From contig NC_058368.1 in the NCBI RefSeq assembly GCF_018350175.1, positions 39,124,001-39,188,000 on the forward strand: DNA of 64,000 bases. The letters are read 5' to 3'. Both the position numbers and the translations under genes were made by a program. The DNA comes from Felis catus. Lineage: Eukaryota. Below, in pieces: positions 11,936 through 26,360 of the stretch. Each line of letters starts with the position of its first letter. The stretch's first letter is position 1. The notes under the pieces are model-generated. The model saw only the letters and a program-made list of their open reading frames with translations, ran no database searches and was not told the origin of the DNA.

Positions 11936-14266
11936 AAAAAATGGATCTTATATTTAAAGAAATACATTATCTAAGAGGAGTTTAATGGATTAGTTTGCAG
12001 TAATGTTCGTAATGTTAATTGTGGTATTATTGGTATGGGTAAAAGCTGATTCAGACAACATAAGTCTCCTAAGGATTTATAGGGCATCCACATAACATAC
12101 CACTCTGTGTTTATTTTAAAAATGTGGAAAAACACTAATAATGATGTAAGTAATCCTGGTATTAAATAAAGTATTTGATTATATTTTCAAAACTGAACAC
12201 TGAAATGATGAACCAAAATGTAACAAAAATGATTTTTATAGATTACAGAAAAGACATACTAAAAAAAAAAACAGAAAAAGGAAAAAAGTAAGAAATATTA
12301 AACCATATTTGGCAGTATTATGAATATAGTAATAGTAGTATTTTATTTTTGATATATTAGAGACATAAGTTAAAGCCAAGGAGTGTTTATACTAGTTATG
12401 TTAATACCATGAGGATCTAAAATCTTACCATTACTAAAGGCAACAAGAGGTGTTATTAACTCCAAATATGATGCACTAAGAAATACACAATACAACAAAT
12501 GTTTTTGCATCAACATTTAAACCATGATCCAATCAAACTATATTTATTACCAAATTACAGAAAACATGATCATAGAGGAAGACTTATAGACACCAAGAAA
12601 AATTAATCAGCCCTACCATTCTAGAGATTTTGTGATCCATTTTTTTTTTAACAAATCAATGGCATGAATGCTGTGATGTGGCAGTAAAGAAAAACTTAAA
12701 TAAATGACATAACACCCAAATCCAAAGCATGGCCTTGATTTAGGAAAAACAAAAACAAAACAAACAAAAACTGTAAAGAGACATAATACAGAAATAAGGA
12801 AAACGTGAATATGAACTGGGGTAGTACTTAAAAGTAAAGACTAATACTAATAATACCAGGTGTGATTATGGCATAAAGTATATGAAAAAGTGTATCAAAT
12901 GGAACTTCACACTGAAATATTTATGAGGTAAATGACATCAAGTTTGAAATTTGGGTTTACTATACTCTGTGAACAACAAAAGTCAGTGTGTGGGAGGGGG
13001 TAGTATAAAAGATTTTTTGATAATTTTTATAATAAAATATATTTTTTCCACTAGTCTCTGTATCATAGTAGCTGTATTGTATGTATTTTGATTTTTAGTT
13101 TGTATTTAATCTAGACTGTGCATTAGTTCACTTTCACGAATAACTAATAAATGTATTTCTTAACTCATTTGAGAAAGTTTTGTGTGAAGTTAGAAAGTAT
13201 GTCAAGCAACGTATTTGAGAATTACACAGATATTTCTTATCTATTTTCCTTCATTGTTCCTTGGGAGGTTTGATCTCTATATAGGAAAATTAATATTAAC
13301 ATTTATTTCTCACAGTTTATCATTTAAAAGTTAATGTATCTCTAAATAAATATTGTATTGAAGGTCCTTAATTAATCTGTAGAGATTCTTTAAAACAAAC
13401 TTATTTCTAATAACATATGCAAATTACCACTTGCAAACAATATTTCCATTTGCTCTTGTGGATTTTTATTCATTCTTTCTTCTGGGGCCTTTTTTAGGCT
13501 TAAGAGTAACTATCAATGTTTCATAATCACTAAGTAATTTGGAGGATTTATCTTGTATTATGAAACTTAAAGCCTATATAATATTCTCCTTTTTCTTTCC
13601 CTGAAATACTTCTTAATCTGCCACTTTAGAGGACTAATTCTGTGAAAAATCTTAACATTAGAAGAAGGTAAACAATCTTTGTGCTAATAATATGGCTGTA
13701 ACGAAAAGCACACGTAGGGTAAATCATACTACTAAGAATACAGTAAAATATGTGCAGATATAAGAACTTGGATTAGAAATCAGGATATATTTCTACAATT
13801 CAAATTAGAAATGAAACATCATTGAATAAAATAATACATGAAAAATACTTTTTATTCGATATAGATACAGTTCTATAGGCACAGTTTTATATGTACAGTT
13901 CACTTGCACAACATGTGTTTCTTCCCTCCTGTCTTGCCAGTGGGACCTTGCTTTCTTTCAGGTCTTCTGCCCTACTCACTGGGATTCAGTGGAAGATGAA
14001 TTCAATCTCTGCTCTGCTCTATGATTGAATCTGTTGGCCAGGTTTGTCCTCTGATCTCCATGAGCACTGGCTCTGCTCCCAAAGAGGATTCGCTATCCAA
14101 AATTCTTCATGATCATACATGATTTGCTCATTGGGCAATGTCTTTCTAGAAGTTGTTTATCTACTTTCTGTTTTTGAGACTCTTGTTGTCTGGAGATAAC
14201 CTTGGAGTTGAAAAGTCATAGGCTATTTCAGGATAGGCTTTTTTTTTTTTGGCAATGTAGCAGTCT

Positions 14267-14487
14267 TTTTTTTAATTTTTTAAATGTTTATTTTTGAGAG
14301 AGAGAGAGAGAGAGAGTGTGTGTGCGAGTGGGAGAGGGGCAGAGAGAGAGGGAGACACAAATCTGAAGCAGGCTTTAGGCTCTGAGCTGTCAACACAGAG
14401 GCTGACATGGGGCTCAAACCCACAAAGCCGAGATCATGACTTGAGCCAAAATCAGACATGTAACTGAGTGAGCCACCCAGGCATCCC
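14267..14487 (-). mobile_element. Can-SINE
   Basis: TSD GCAATGTAGCAGTCTT / GCAATATAGCAGTCTT. Confidence 0.95.
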
Positions 14488-16579
14488 AGCAATATAGCAG
14501 TCTTAAAGAGTTACTAAATTTATGGTGTACCTGTTATATAGTATAATTTCTTCATTATTATGAAAGATTTTTTGAATGAGATTTTCTCTTACTTTGAATC
14601 AAATGCATCCTAAATACTATATAATACATATCTGAATGCTATATAATACATATATTATTCCATTGTATACATCCATGCATTTTATTAAGCATGAATCCTC
14701 TTTATATAATGAGGATAATGGATACAGTTTATTAGCTGATACAGTCTTCAAAATACCTATGTGATGATAATATTAATAGTCACTTATTACAGACTGGCAA
14801 ATTGAAACATGCAGAAACAGTAAATTGCAATGGTCAAAGAATAATGGATATCTTAGGATCCAATCTCAGATGGTTTTAATCTCAAATTTGTAACTTTCCT
14901 AAAATGAGAGGATATAAACTCATTTTTAATTCCATAGTTCCCATATTAGAAGTGCATTTAATCTCAATTTTCTTTGAAACATAAAAAATACATTTGTCAA
15001 GAGATCTTCATGTAGAAGGAAAATCTCTTGAGTAAACATTTTTTTTAAATGATAAGAACACAGTCTTTTTATTATTGTGTAAACTATATCTGGGTATCAT
15101 TCCAGCATTCCTTCCTTTAATTTTGGGGAAAAAAACAAACAAACAAACAAAAAACAAAACATGACATAGGTATTGCCATTTATTCCTTCTCTTTATTAAA
15201 TGTTTGGCCAACGAGTCTGAATTCTATGATGTTACCCAAACTTTTCAATGAATAATAAGGAAATAATGCATTATTCATCTTACTAATCCATTTAAGCAGA
15301 TTCTAATGTATCTTTATAATCAGAATTCTGCTCATTTTAAATTGAAACATGCCACACACATCTTTATGATATGTTGCAGTCACTCAAAATAAGAGATACA
15401 ACAATAATAGCAGAATCAAGGAACCATGGGGATGTTATTTAACACATCTACAGATTTCAGTAAGTTAGCTCTCCTAAAGAAGAAAATAATTCACTCCTAC
15501 TTGAGATAGACATCAGAATTTTATTATGCCTTTTGGATTTCTGGGTATATGCCTTTATTCTAAATTCTCAACAAGCTTAAAAAATTTTAAATACATTTTA
15601 TTTTGGTTGGTGTATTTCTAGAATTAAAGATGTCTACATATAATTAGCCTTCTAGACTTTTGAATGTTTATAGACAGTTTAAAATTATATGGCATGTAAC
15701 AGATAGCTATGATGGGGTAAGGGAAATTGGAAGAATATCAAATTTGAGTTTTTGAATTGGGATAAATCTTGGCCAAATTGCTTAATATAAAAGAAATAAT
15801 AATCAGAAAGCAGAGTACAGAACTCAACTTAAAGCAGTATAATAAAACAATATGTGAAATAGTTATGGCCAGAATAATCAAAAGTCAATAGTTGAATATA
15901 ACAATGGGAATAATAGTCAATGTGATCAAGGAAAGAAGAACTCAGAAACAGTATTACAATTACAGTAACAAATATTAGAGGCCAGGCTTTAATCCTAGAA
16001 GAAAGGGTGTTTACAGATGTAATAATGAAATACATAAGGTAGGGATTTTGGACATTATATCAGGAAAAAGGATGTAACATAGTGGAGAATGATGGAACTA
16101 AAGTATAAGTTTTGTGTCTCTATGTTGTTTTGTTTTCGGAAGTAAGTAGAAACCTCCTTAACAGCAGTGAATCATTAAGTCAGCAATTTCAAAAGGAGGG
16201 TTATGAATTTGCAGCTGAACGACTTCAGTACAGATCTAAAGAATTCTTAAGAAAATCAGTTTGGGTTTCAGAGAGAAGTTTGGGGATGGGAACACCTCTG
16301 TGATGGTAGTGAAAATTTTCTAGCACTTGCAAAAACGTTTATTTTGCATTAGATTTTATCTAATTCCTTTTGCAGTATAGATTCCTGCCTGTTACACTGC
16401 ATAGGTGCACATGAAGCAGTTTTTCCCTCTGGCAACCAGCTTGTTCTCTCTAGTTATAGGTCTGGTTCTGCTTTTTGTTTTTTCATGTGTTTTGTTTTTC
16501 AGATTCTACGTATAAGCGAAATTGTATGGCATTTGTCTTTCTCAATCTGACTTATTTCACTTAGCATAATACACTGTAG

Positions 16580-17050
16580 GGAAGATTCTATAAACACAAT
16601 TAACATATGACCTGGAAATCTCAATTCTAGGTATTCACCCAAGTGAAATAAAAGCCTGTGTTTACCCTCCCCTCACTAACACACAATTACTGAGTGTTTA
16701 CAGCTGCTTTGTTCAAAATTTTAAAAAAACTGGAAAGAAGTGAAATGTCCCTATAAGGGAATAAATAAACTGTGGCATATCTAATTAAATTCTCCTTGGC
16801 AATAAAAAGGAACAAACTATTGGAAAACACAGTATGGATGAGCTCAAATGAATTTTTCTAAATGAAAGAAGGCTTTAAAGGCTATGCACTGTATCTTCCA
16901 ATTTTATCACATAATGGAAGACACAAAAGCATAATGATGAATAAAAGGTCAGTGGTTGCCAGTGGTTAACAGTAGAGGAAATTTAAATTATAAAGGTGGT
17001 AGCATGAGTGAGTAGGTGTTGTGATTATTGAACTGTTCTCTATTTTGACA
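16580..17050 (+). mobile_element. Old L1 (L1MC/ME-like) 3' region
   Basis: TCTAGGTATTCACCCAAGTGAAATAAAAGC, AATAAACTGTGGCATAT, TCAGTGGTTGCCAG. Confidence 0.7.
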
Positions 17051-17927
17051 AACATCATCCTCAATGGGGAAAAACTGAGAGCTTTTTCCCTGAGATCAGG
17101 AACACGACAGGGATGTCCACTCTCACCGGTGTTATTTAACATAGTGTTGGAAGTTCTAGCATCAGCAATCAGACAACAAAAGGAAATCAAAGGCATCAAA
17201 ATCGGAAAGATGAAGTTAAGCTTTCACTTTTTGCAGACGACATGATATCATACATGGAAAATCCGATAGACTCCACAAAAGTCTGCTAGAACTGATACAT
17301 GAATTTAGCAAAGTCGCAGGATACAAAATCAATGTACAGAAATCAGTTGCATTCTTATACACTAATAATGAGGCAACAGAAAGACAAATAAAGAAACTGA
17401 TCCCATTCACAATTGCACCAAGAAGCATAAAATACCTAGGAATAAATCTAACCAAAGATGTAAAAGATCTGTATGCTGAAAACTATAGAAAGCTTATGAA
17501 GGAAATTGAAGAAGATATAAAGAAATGGAAAAACATTCTGTGCTCATAGATTGGAAGAATAAATATTGTCAAAATGCCAATACTACCCAAAGCTATCTAC
17601 ACATTCAGTGCAATCCCAATCAAAATTGCACCAGCATTCAGCTCGAAACTAGAACAAGCAATCCTAAAATTCATACGGAACCACAAAAGGCCCCAAATAG
17701 CCAAAGTAATTTTGAAGAAGAAGACCAAAGCAGGAGGCATCACAATCCCAGACTTTAGCCTCTACTACAAAGCTGTCATCATCAAGACAGCATGGTATTG
17801 GCACAAAAACAGACACATAGACCAATGGAATAGAATAGAAACCCCAGAACTAGACCCACAAATGTATGGCCAACTAATCTTTGACAAAGCAGGAAAGAAC
17901 ATCCAATGGAAAAAAGACAGTCTCTTT
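17051..17927 (+). mobile_element. Internal fragment of young felid L1 ORF2 (RT region)
   Basis: Closely matches 33507-34384 of the full-length L1; QGCPLS and FADD-coding sequence, small indels; no 3'UTR or poly(A). Confidence 0.95.
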
Positions 17928-17929
17928 TT

Positions 17930-20080
17930 ATTTCCTTATAAAGCATGGTTTTGTGTTATATGTAGTACCTTGTTGCTAAATCAGCTCTTAGATGTATTTT
18001 CTATGTTTTCCTCTGAAACTTTAATATTTTTATATTGCTCTTAGTACTGATATTCAACTTTTGTACAAGGTTGAAGTATAAATGAAGTTCATATTTCATG
18101 TATGGATATCTAATTGAAAATACTATCCTTGCCTTGTCATTTTTTGTCAAAAATGTATCACTCATATTTGTGTAATGTCACTTTTTATCTCTGGTAATTT
18201 TCCTAATTCTAAAGCATATTTTGTATGATAGTATCATATCCATTCCAGCATTGTCCTGGTTTGGATTTGCATGGTTTATCATTCCCCATCTTTTACTTTT
18301 AATCTATTGATACTTTTATAATTAAGTTTGGTTTCCTGCAGGCAATATATAATTGATTCTTATATTTTTATCTGATCTCATAAATAATCTCTGTTTTGTA
18401 ATTGATGTGTTCTAGTAAGTTGCATTATTTTAATTTTAATTTGCTATTTGGATATTTTTATACTTTTGCTAAGGAATTACAACCTGCATACCTAATTCTT
18501 CAGAGGCTATGCAGAGGTATTATTTTACCAATTCAACTAAAACTTAGAAGCCTTACAATCATATCGTTCCCTTTACCCTTCTCTCTTTTTTAGTGTTAAC
18601 ATTGTGTTATTGTTGTCACATGCACTGTACCTTAATACTACTATACTATACATGTACTATGTCAAACACTTATATAATTTTTGCTTTCTAACTTAGTCTC
18701 TCGTATTTGCCCAGATATTTACAAATTTTGTTCTTCTTCCTTTATTCCTTATGCCTCAAATTTCTATCTGGTATAATTTGTCTTAAGCCCCAAAATCTTC
18801 CTTTCGAATTTTTTTTTGAGCTGGTCAGCTGGTCATAAATTGTCATAGTTTTCCTTAATCTGCAAACATTTTTATCTTACCTTTACTGCTTATGAATATG
18901 ATAGGTGCTCATAAAATTCAGAATTACCAGTTCTTTAGTAGTTTGTGATGTTACTGGGCATTGTTTTCCTTGAGTTTCTCTCTCTGTTCCAGATTCTCTG
19001 TCACTCTGATTCCTGTGGCCCTTTTCCTGGTCCACTGGCTAGAAAGGGGAGGTTCTTTCACCACCCTGACCTGCTGTCCTGCAGTTTCATGCAATTGGGA
19101 GAGTCTCATGGTGAGGTGGTAGGAGAAAAGAGAGAAAATAACAGCAGAGATTTCCCCTACACTCTTTAGACCAAATGGACCCCTTTCACACTCCCTCTGT
19201 GCAGAAGGATGGGCTCTGAGTCATTTTTTTAAAGATGTAATTGACATATAACACTGTATAAGTTGGAGGTAAATAGTATGTTGACTTGATACATTTATAT
19301 ATTTGTAGTATGATCACCACCATATCTTTAGCTTAACAACTCTAAGATCATGTCACATAATTATTGTTTCTTTTTTTGTGGTCAGAACACTTAAGATCTA
19401 GTCTGAGAACAAACTGAGGGTTTATGGGGCGTGGGAGGGAGGGGTGGGTGATGTGTATTGAGGAGGGCACCTGTTGGGATGAGCACTGGGTGTTGTATGG
19501 AAACCAATTTGACAATAAATTTCATTTAAAAAAGATCTAATCTCTTAGCACTCTTGAAGTATATAATGCAGTGTTGTTTATTGTAATCACTATGCTGTGC
19601 TTTAGGTCTCCAGAATTTATTTATCTACTAGTTGCAGGTTTATACCCTTTTAACATCTCTGAGTCTTAGTGCCTTAGCACTGTGGCTTTATGCTTGAACC
19701 TGCCTTTTATCCCGACCTGGTCTGAGAAGAAAGATTTCTCTCCCACATTCCCCTGCATGCAAACTCTTTCACCTATTCCTCTTCCTGGAAAGTGTAGTTT
19801 TCTCTGATTTTTTATGTGCATTCACTGACCATTTCCAGGATTTGGCTCATTCACAGGTAAAAATCAGTAGATAAACGAGGTGGGATAAAGGAGAAGAAGA
19901 ACAAAGACAGTAGAAGTTTACCACAGTACAGGTCCCTCAGTTTTGGTTTCTCTTATATCTGCCTGTTCTTTAGTTTTTTGAGTCCTCAAGGAGTTTGTTG
20001 TTATTTTGTCCAGAATTTTAGGTGTAATCAGAGGTAGAGATAGGTTGATGTATATTCATTCCATCTTACTTGGCTAAGAA
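17930..20080 (-). mobile_element. Old antisense L1 fragments
   Basis: TTTGCATGGTTTATCATTCCCCATCTTTTACTTTTAATCTA and an L1MA-like 3' end at ~19230-19660. Confidence 0.6.
19405..19531 (+). mobile_element. Severely 5'-truncated felid L1 (3'UTR end only)
   Basis: Matches ~35511-35640 of the full L1; TSD AAGATCTAGTCT (19393-19404) / AAGATCTAATCT (19532-19543); inserted in an older antisense L1. Confidence 0.93.
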
Positions 20081-20454
20081 GTCAAATCAGTGTCTTTTTC
20101 TCCAAAATTTGTTAAAAGGGAAAAAAAGTACTTAGTATAGTTTTGAATTATAATTTTAGAATGTCAAACACATTTTTTTTATCTTCAGTGAAGTGAAAAA
20201 CAAATTTTTCTGTTACTTAGTGGCCATTCCAGGCATCTCATAAAGAATTTACATGTAAAATGCATCTTATAGGTTTTGGTGCTCTGAATTTAGAAACTTT
20301 GTTATCAGAGGAGAGAAGATATGGATATACCTTCTCAGAATCAAAACACAGCCCATAGGTAATATTTTCAAAGTCTACAATAATAGATAACAACTTCTAT
20401 GAACTCCTTTTAAATAATTAAAAAGTAATACAGAAATTTAATATACGTTTCTTT

Positions 20455-20674
20455 TTTTATTTTATTTTTTTTTGTTTTAGTCTTAAGAGAGAGAGAGACA
20501 GACACAGTGCATGAGCAGGGGGAGGGGCAGAGCAAGAGAGGGACAGAGAATCTGAAGCAGGCTCCAGGCTCTGATCTGTCAGCACAGAGCTCAACTTGGG
20601 GCTCAAACTCACAAGCCGTGAGATCATGACCTAAGCTGAAATCGGCTCAACTGACTGAGCCACTCAGGCACCCC
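20455..20674 (-). mobile_element. Can-SINE
   Basis: T-tail, GA-rich region, CTGAGCCACTCAGGCACCCC head. Confidence 0.93.
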
Positions 20675-20905
20675 AAATATAACAGTTTCATGATGAAATA
20701 CAAACTGTTCTGTGGACACAGGATAAATTCGCCATTTTATAGAAAGAAACTCAAATTCTTTGTTTCCTGTTGTATATCATCCATGTGAAAATACAAGTTT
20801 TTTGTTTTTTTGTTTGTTACCAAACATCTCTATGTGTATGTGGCTAGACATACACCAATGTATAATTATAAATACAGATGATACACTTAAAATATCCCAT
20901 TTTTA

Positions 20906-21140
20906 TTTTTTTTTATTTTTTTTTAAATTTTTTTTTTCAACGTTTATTTATTTTTGGGACAGAGAGAGACAGAGCATGAACGGGCGAGGGGCAGAGAGAG
21001 AGGGAGACACAGAATCGGAAACAGGCTCCAGGCTCTGAGCCATCAGCCCAGAGCCCGACGCGGGGCTCGAACTCACGGACTGCGAGATCGTGACCTGGCT
21101 GAAGTCGGACGCTTAACCGACTGCGCCACCGAGGCACCCC
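20906..21140 (-). mobile_element. Young Can-SINE (SINEC_Fc type)
   Basis: Perfect TSD AAAATATCCCATTTTTA at 20889-20905 and 21141-21157; long patterned tail. Confidence 0.97.
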
Positions 21141-22508
21141 AAAATATCCCATTTTTAAATATAATTATCTTTATCAGCATAATATGTAGAGAATATATGT
21201 ATTATAATACGTTATCTCAACAAGTTGGAATACTTATAAAACAGAAATATCATATTTCTTTTCTATGTATTCATGTATATTATAACTCTTTCACCTAGTA
21301 GAATCTCAAACATATTAAATACTAATATGTTAACCAAAGTACTTATTTTTATTTATAACAAACACAAGAAAAAAGTAGAAAACAGAAAACCAGGAACTTG
21401 AAATGTTCTCCCTATGAGAACAGATTACATATTTACAAAATGTAGGTCAAAACCAGAAATATTAACAGTATCTAAAAATATTTTAATTTCCTGTTACACT
21501 ATAGTTTTCTATAATGAAAGATTGAGAAGTAGGAATAAATTAATATAAATGATCACATTTTATGTTTTTACTTTCCCAGACATATACCAGGTTTCTGCAG
21601 ATTGATCATAATTTAATTCAATTTAGTAATAATCTAATGTTTTAAACTTAACTAAGGATCTTGATATTAATCATAAAGCCAATGGAAAACAATATAAAAA
21701 TAACTAAATCCTGAGAAATAAAACCCTAATCTTGTAAACAACAACTAGAATATAATTTTTACGTGGTGGTCTGTAGAAATCAGGAAGACAGAGCTGTTTT
21801 AAATGAAATTATTAAATCAACATAATTAGTTTAAAGATTCACCCTGTAATTAGCTATATTACAAAGCTTCTTAATATTCATATCTCTATGTTTTAATAGA
21901 GATTTAAAATCATATTTATATCATATTGTATCATATTCATGGTTTTTTTGTGAACTGATAACCAATATTTTTTTCTTATCTATCATTCTAATAACAAGAT
22001 TATATTTAAGTTTACTTCTCAATTTGCTGTTTTAGAAAAAAACAAAAACAAAATGTTATATTTAAAGTATTAACAAAATTTCTCTTTTTTTTCCTATTAA
22101 TTTTACTTGGACTAGATATTCCTAGAATGATGACTATCTAGATAAATTGCATATTTTAAGAAAATTAGTTCATCTTTAAAATTGCCTGACAAGGAAAAAA
22201 GAGAGACATAAAGGAATAGTTTTTAGAAAAAGGAATGACAAAGATTCAGCTACAGACAGATACTTTATTCTATTTTTAAATACAAGGGAAGTCTTATATG
22301 CAGGAAACCATTTTGAAACATAGAATCAGATTGACAGAAAGCCCACAATAATGATTATAAGCAATAATTCAGGTTCCTGACAATCCTGTCAAGACCGTAT
22401 GATTAGAAAGAATGAAAGGGGATGTCCTAAGTGAAGCAAACTATCTTGAAGATAAATATGGTCGAAATTCTCCTCATTAGGATTTTCCCATTGTTCTAAT
22501 ATGTCTTT

Positions 22509-22983
22509 TGTGGTACGCAGAATATTATTTCCCTAAAGATCCCACATGCTGATCCCTAGAGCTTGTGAATGAATATGTGACCTTTAACAGCAAAGAAGAC
22601 TATAGATGTGCTCAAGTTGAAGATTTTTAAATGAGTCCCACTGTAATCACAATGTTCCTTATAAATGGGAGACAGGAAGAGGAAGAGTTAGAGCCAAAAA
22701 GGAGATGTAATGGCTAAAGCAGATTTTTGAGTGATATGATTGATGACTTTGAAGATGGAAGGACCTTCAGTCAATGAATAAAGTCTGTCTCCAGAAGTTA
22801 GAAAAGGCAAGAACCTTCAAAAGGAAACCGACCCTGCTGATACCATGATTCCAGCCCCATGAAACACATTTCAGACTTCTGACCTTCAGAACTGTAAGAA
22901 AATAAATTTATGTTGTTTTAATTTAAATTTAAGCCATGAAGTTTGTGGTTAATTTGTTAGAATATAAATAGGAAACTAATAAA
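22509..22983 (+). mobile_element. MaLR solo LTR (MLT1D/E-like)
   Basis: TGTGGTA...CTTTGAAGATGGAAGG...GACTTCTGACCTTCAGAACTGTAAGAAAATAAAT...ATAGGAAACTAATA. Confidence 0.85.
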
Positions 22984-24753
22984 ATTATCAAATGAATAAT
23001 CTTTTCTCTCTAAAGTTAGAAACCATGAGAAATTGGTTGATGATAGGTCAGAAGAGAAGTATCATTTGCATGTATCTAACATCCTCAACCTTACAGCAAA
23101 GACATCCTCAAGTGTAGACTTTAGAAATGGGGAGCCTCCTCGTGTATGGAATGTGAACATAAGAAATTTATTTTGTATTCACCTCACAGTTTGGGGGATA
23201 CATTTGTTATGATTATTTTTCAGGCAAGTTGAGAAAGATAATATCTTTATGTCACTTAGGATACAAGATGCTGAAGAGCCAAGCATCTGTATCCTATATG
23301 TCTGTGAATCAGGATGAGGCTTTGCTGAGGCAGCTGCCTGAGTATAACAGTTGAAAGCAAATATGTGAATATGAGGAGAAGCATTCACTGTGCTCTTCTG
23401 ATTACATTAAATGTGAATGTGAAGAGCTGAAATGTAAAGAAAGCAAAACGTGGGTTGCTTAAGGAGAGTGGTGATATTTTGGTAGCATATCACTAGTGAC
23501 TGTCCTGTGGATTTTCTAAAGGATAGCTTGCATGAAGGCTTCTGACACACCCAGACTCAAACTCTTAGAAATAAAATATGCCTGGTTAACAGTTTCATGT
23601 GACAGCGTATACTTTGGATAGCATATTGTTTACTCAGATACACATGTGCCATCAGCATCTGATGGCAACAACATATGGGGAAAATTGGACAGCCCCTGCC
23701 TCAACAGGCCAACCAAAAATGGCACCTTTGGGACTGGTCTTGGAATGTGGAGTCAAGTCAAAGTGGCAGTTCTGGAGGTTTGGTATAACAAGGAAAAAGA
23801 TTTGCAAGTAGAAATATGAACGTTAGAGATTAGAGGGAGAGCCCTCCAAGGAGGCTTGTCAAGGCTGCAAACAGTTTGGAAAAATTTGTGGAAACAGTGG
23901 AAGAATTTGTGTGTGGACTACATGCATCACAAGACTCACAGAATGTCTCTAATACAACAAATCAAATTGAGGGCTTGTGCTCTTACCCTATATTAGATAT
24001 ATTTATCACTAAAGAATCTGAAGTTTAATGGTCAGTGATCAGGATTATAGATATCCATCCAGGGCAGGATAGGGTGAGAAAGGTTTGTGCAAGTCTTGTG
24101 GTAAAACTAACCTATGGCTATGTGGCTTTTATTATTGTCTTTAATGACTTGAACATAATAATTTAAAAGGGAATTTACCTTTTAACTGGTTGAAATAGGG
24201 GCAATATGATTGTATCCTCAGGTGAGATCAATGGGGCAGTGTTTCACAGTAACATCTGCAAGTTTGTATTGGTGAAAACTGTTTTATTATATCTTAGAAT
24301 ATTACTATGCATCATCTACTGAACCATATGTTCTAATTACCAACCTAAACACTGCAATTGTATAGTTAATGGGTAAAAGTTACTGCTGTGGAAGAGGAAT
24401 GGAAAATGATATTCTAATTGTAACTATTTATCTGTATCAAACATTTGTCTAATGCTGTTATGCAGTATAAAAGGTTTTATAGGACTATTAGTATAATTAA
24501 ATACAAAGCAAATATAGAAATGAAAAAAATCTAGGATGAGAAAGCATTTGGAAAGATTAAATTGAAGTCCTCAATGTGATACTCATGGAATAAGATTAGC
24601 CAGAAAAAGAGGTCAAATTGGCCTTAAACTACCATGTGATAGAATGCTTCCATCAACACATGTAAAAAAGTACAAGTATCTCTTAATACAAGAGCAAAAC
24701 GAATATTCCAACTGGTAAAAGATTATTAAGAGACCTATGAAGTGAGAAGGTCA

Positions 24754-24755
<2 letters not shown>

Positions 24756-24787
<32 letters not shown>
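24756..24787. repeat. (TC)n microsatellite outside a SINE
   Basis: Direct reading. Confidence 0.9.
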
Positions 24788-24793
<6 letters not shown>

Positions 24794-26360
24794 AATGAAT
24801 GAATTTCTGATTTGTATCATATGATTCAAATCCTGTGATCATTGACATGGTAGAAAGATTATAGCTTTCTATAAAATGATGCATAAATATTTTAATACTA
24901 ATGAAGGAAGATAGTTAAGATACATGAGGCAAATGACACCACATAGGATTAAAGTGTACACTGGGGTGGGATAGGAAGCAGGAAGCAGAAACATGATTTG
25001 CCCTCCTTAGGTGTGCGTCAGGCACTTTTAATCTTCACCAGAATTCCTTGTCAGTATGGACAAGTGGAATTCAGTAGCTGAACAATAAACGAGTGCCCTA
25101 CAGGGTTTAACAAGTACTGATTACTGATCTAAGACTGCTTTAAAAGGATATGTCTAGTTCCTCCAGATTGTTTATTGTGAATAAACCTGAAATATATGCA
25201 CTACAAACACATGACTAGTGGATTTTATAGACTTAGAGACAATAAAACCTAGTATTCCCTGAGTTAATTCATTCTGCACACAATTCTTGTCTCTCTGAAT
25301 CTGAAATACTTTTCAGCGTGAAAAAGGAGTCCTAAGAATATGCATGTGCTGGCATTGGGATTGCCCAGGTATTGGAGTGGATTTTGTTTCTGTAGAGTGT
25401 CTCTTACTAATTGGTATTAAAGTTGGGCTCTGTATTGAGACTGGAAAACAAAACTATTTGTAAATTTCTCATTTCATACCCCTAAATATTTCAGTATCTG
25501 GCATCCACACCCTATGCTATCCCTTTTTTCTATTTCCTCATTTTTGGGCACTGATTTCTTTTTCTTATCAACTTCCCAAGCTCTGTTCTTAACAATATTC
25601 AACTTTTAATTAAATAATTCTACTCATCTTATAAAAACTTGGCAATATTCTCAAAATAAATTTTAAAAATTAAATTCTAATTACAAAATTTACAACACAG
25701 AACTCTTCAGTTATGTTCAGTTCTCTGCTTCTCTTCACATTCAGAAGTGCTGCTAAGAAATCTTGTCTCTGCTCTTGAATTGTGCTTCCCCATCTTTTCT
25801 GAATCAACTTTATTCAGTACTATTTATTTAAAACAGCTCCTCTGTCATCACTTTTGGTCTCCACTGGGCCACATCTAAGCAGCATTTAAAATAGTTGCTA
25901 ACTCTGTCCTTCATGAAACTCTTGTTTCCAAGATATCCTATGAGTTCTCCCAAATGTTTTTTCCTGTTCTAGCTAATTTTCAACTCCCCAGGAATATGAC
26001 TCATATCTTTCTGAAATTTCTTGAAATTCCTGAGCTTCTTTGATGTTCTCTGTTGTCAGTTCTTGGATGGAGATCTTTGCTACTCTGTTTAATTCCATTC
26101 CCTGGAGTGATTGTATCTAGTCTTTGGTTATATAATTATATTGATTATTCAAATTATTGCTCTAGCCCAATGTAGTTCCCTGTATTCTATATTTGTAGAT
26201 AAAAATGACCACATAAATCTCCTTATACATACATAGTAGGTAATTCAGGCCTTCTGTATTCAAAAGGAAACTTGAATTCTCCATTCAGCCTCTCGGTTCT
26301 CACCACTTCTCTCATTATTGCCTCAGTCAATCCACTGTCTCTCATTAGGGCTGTGAGGTA

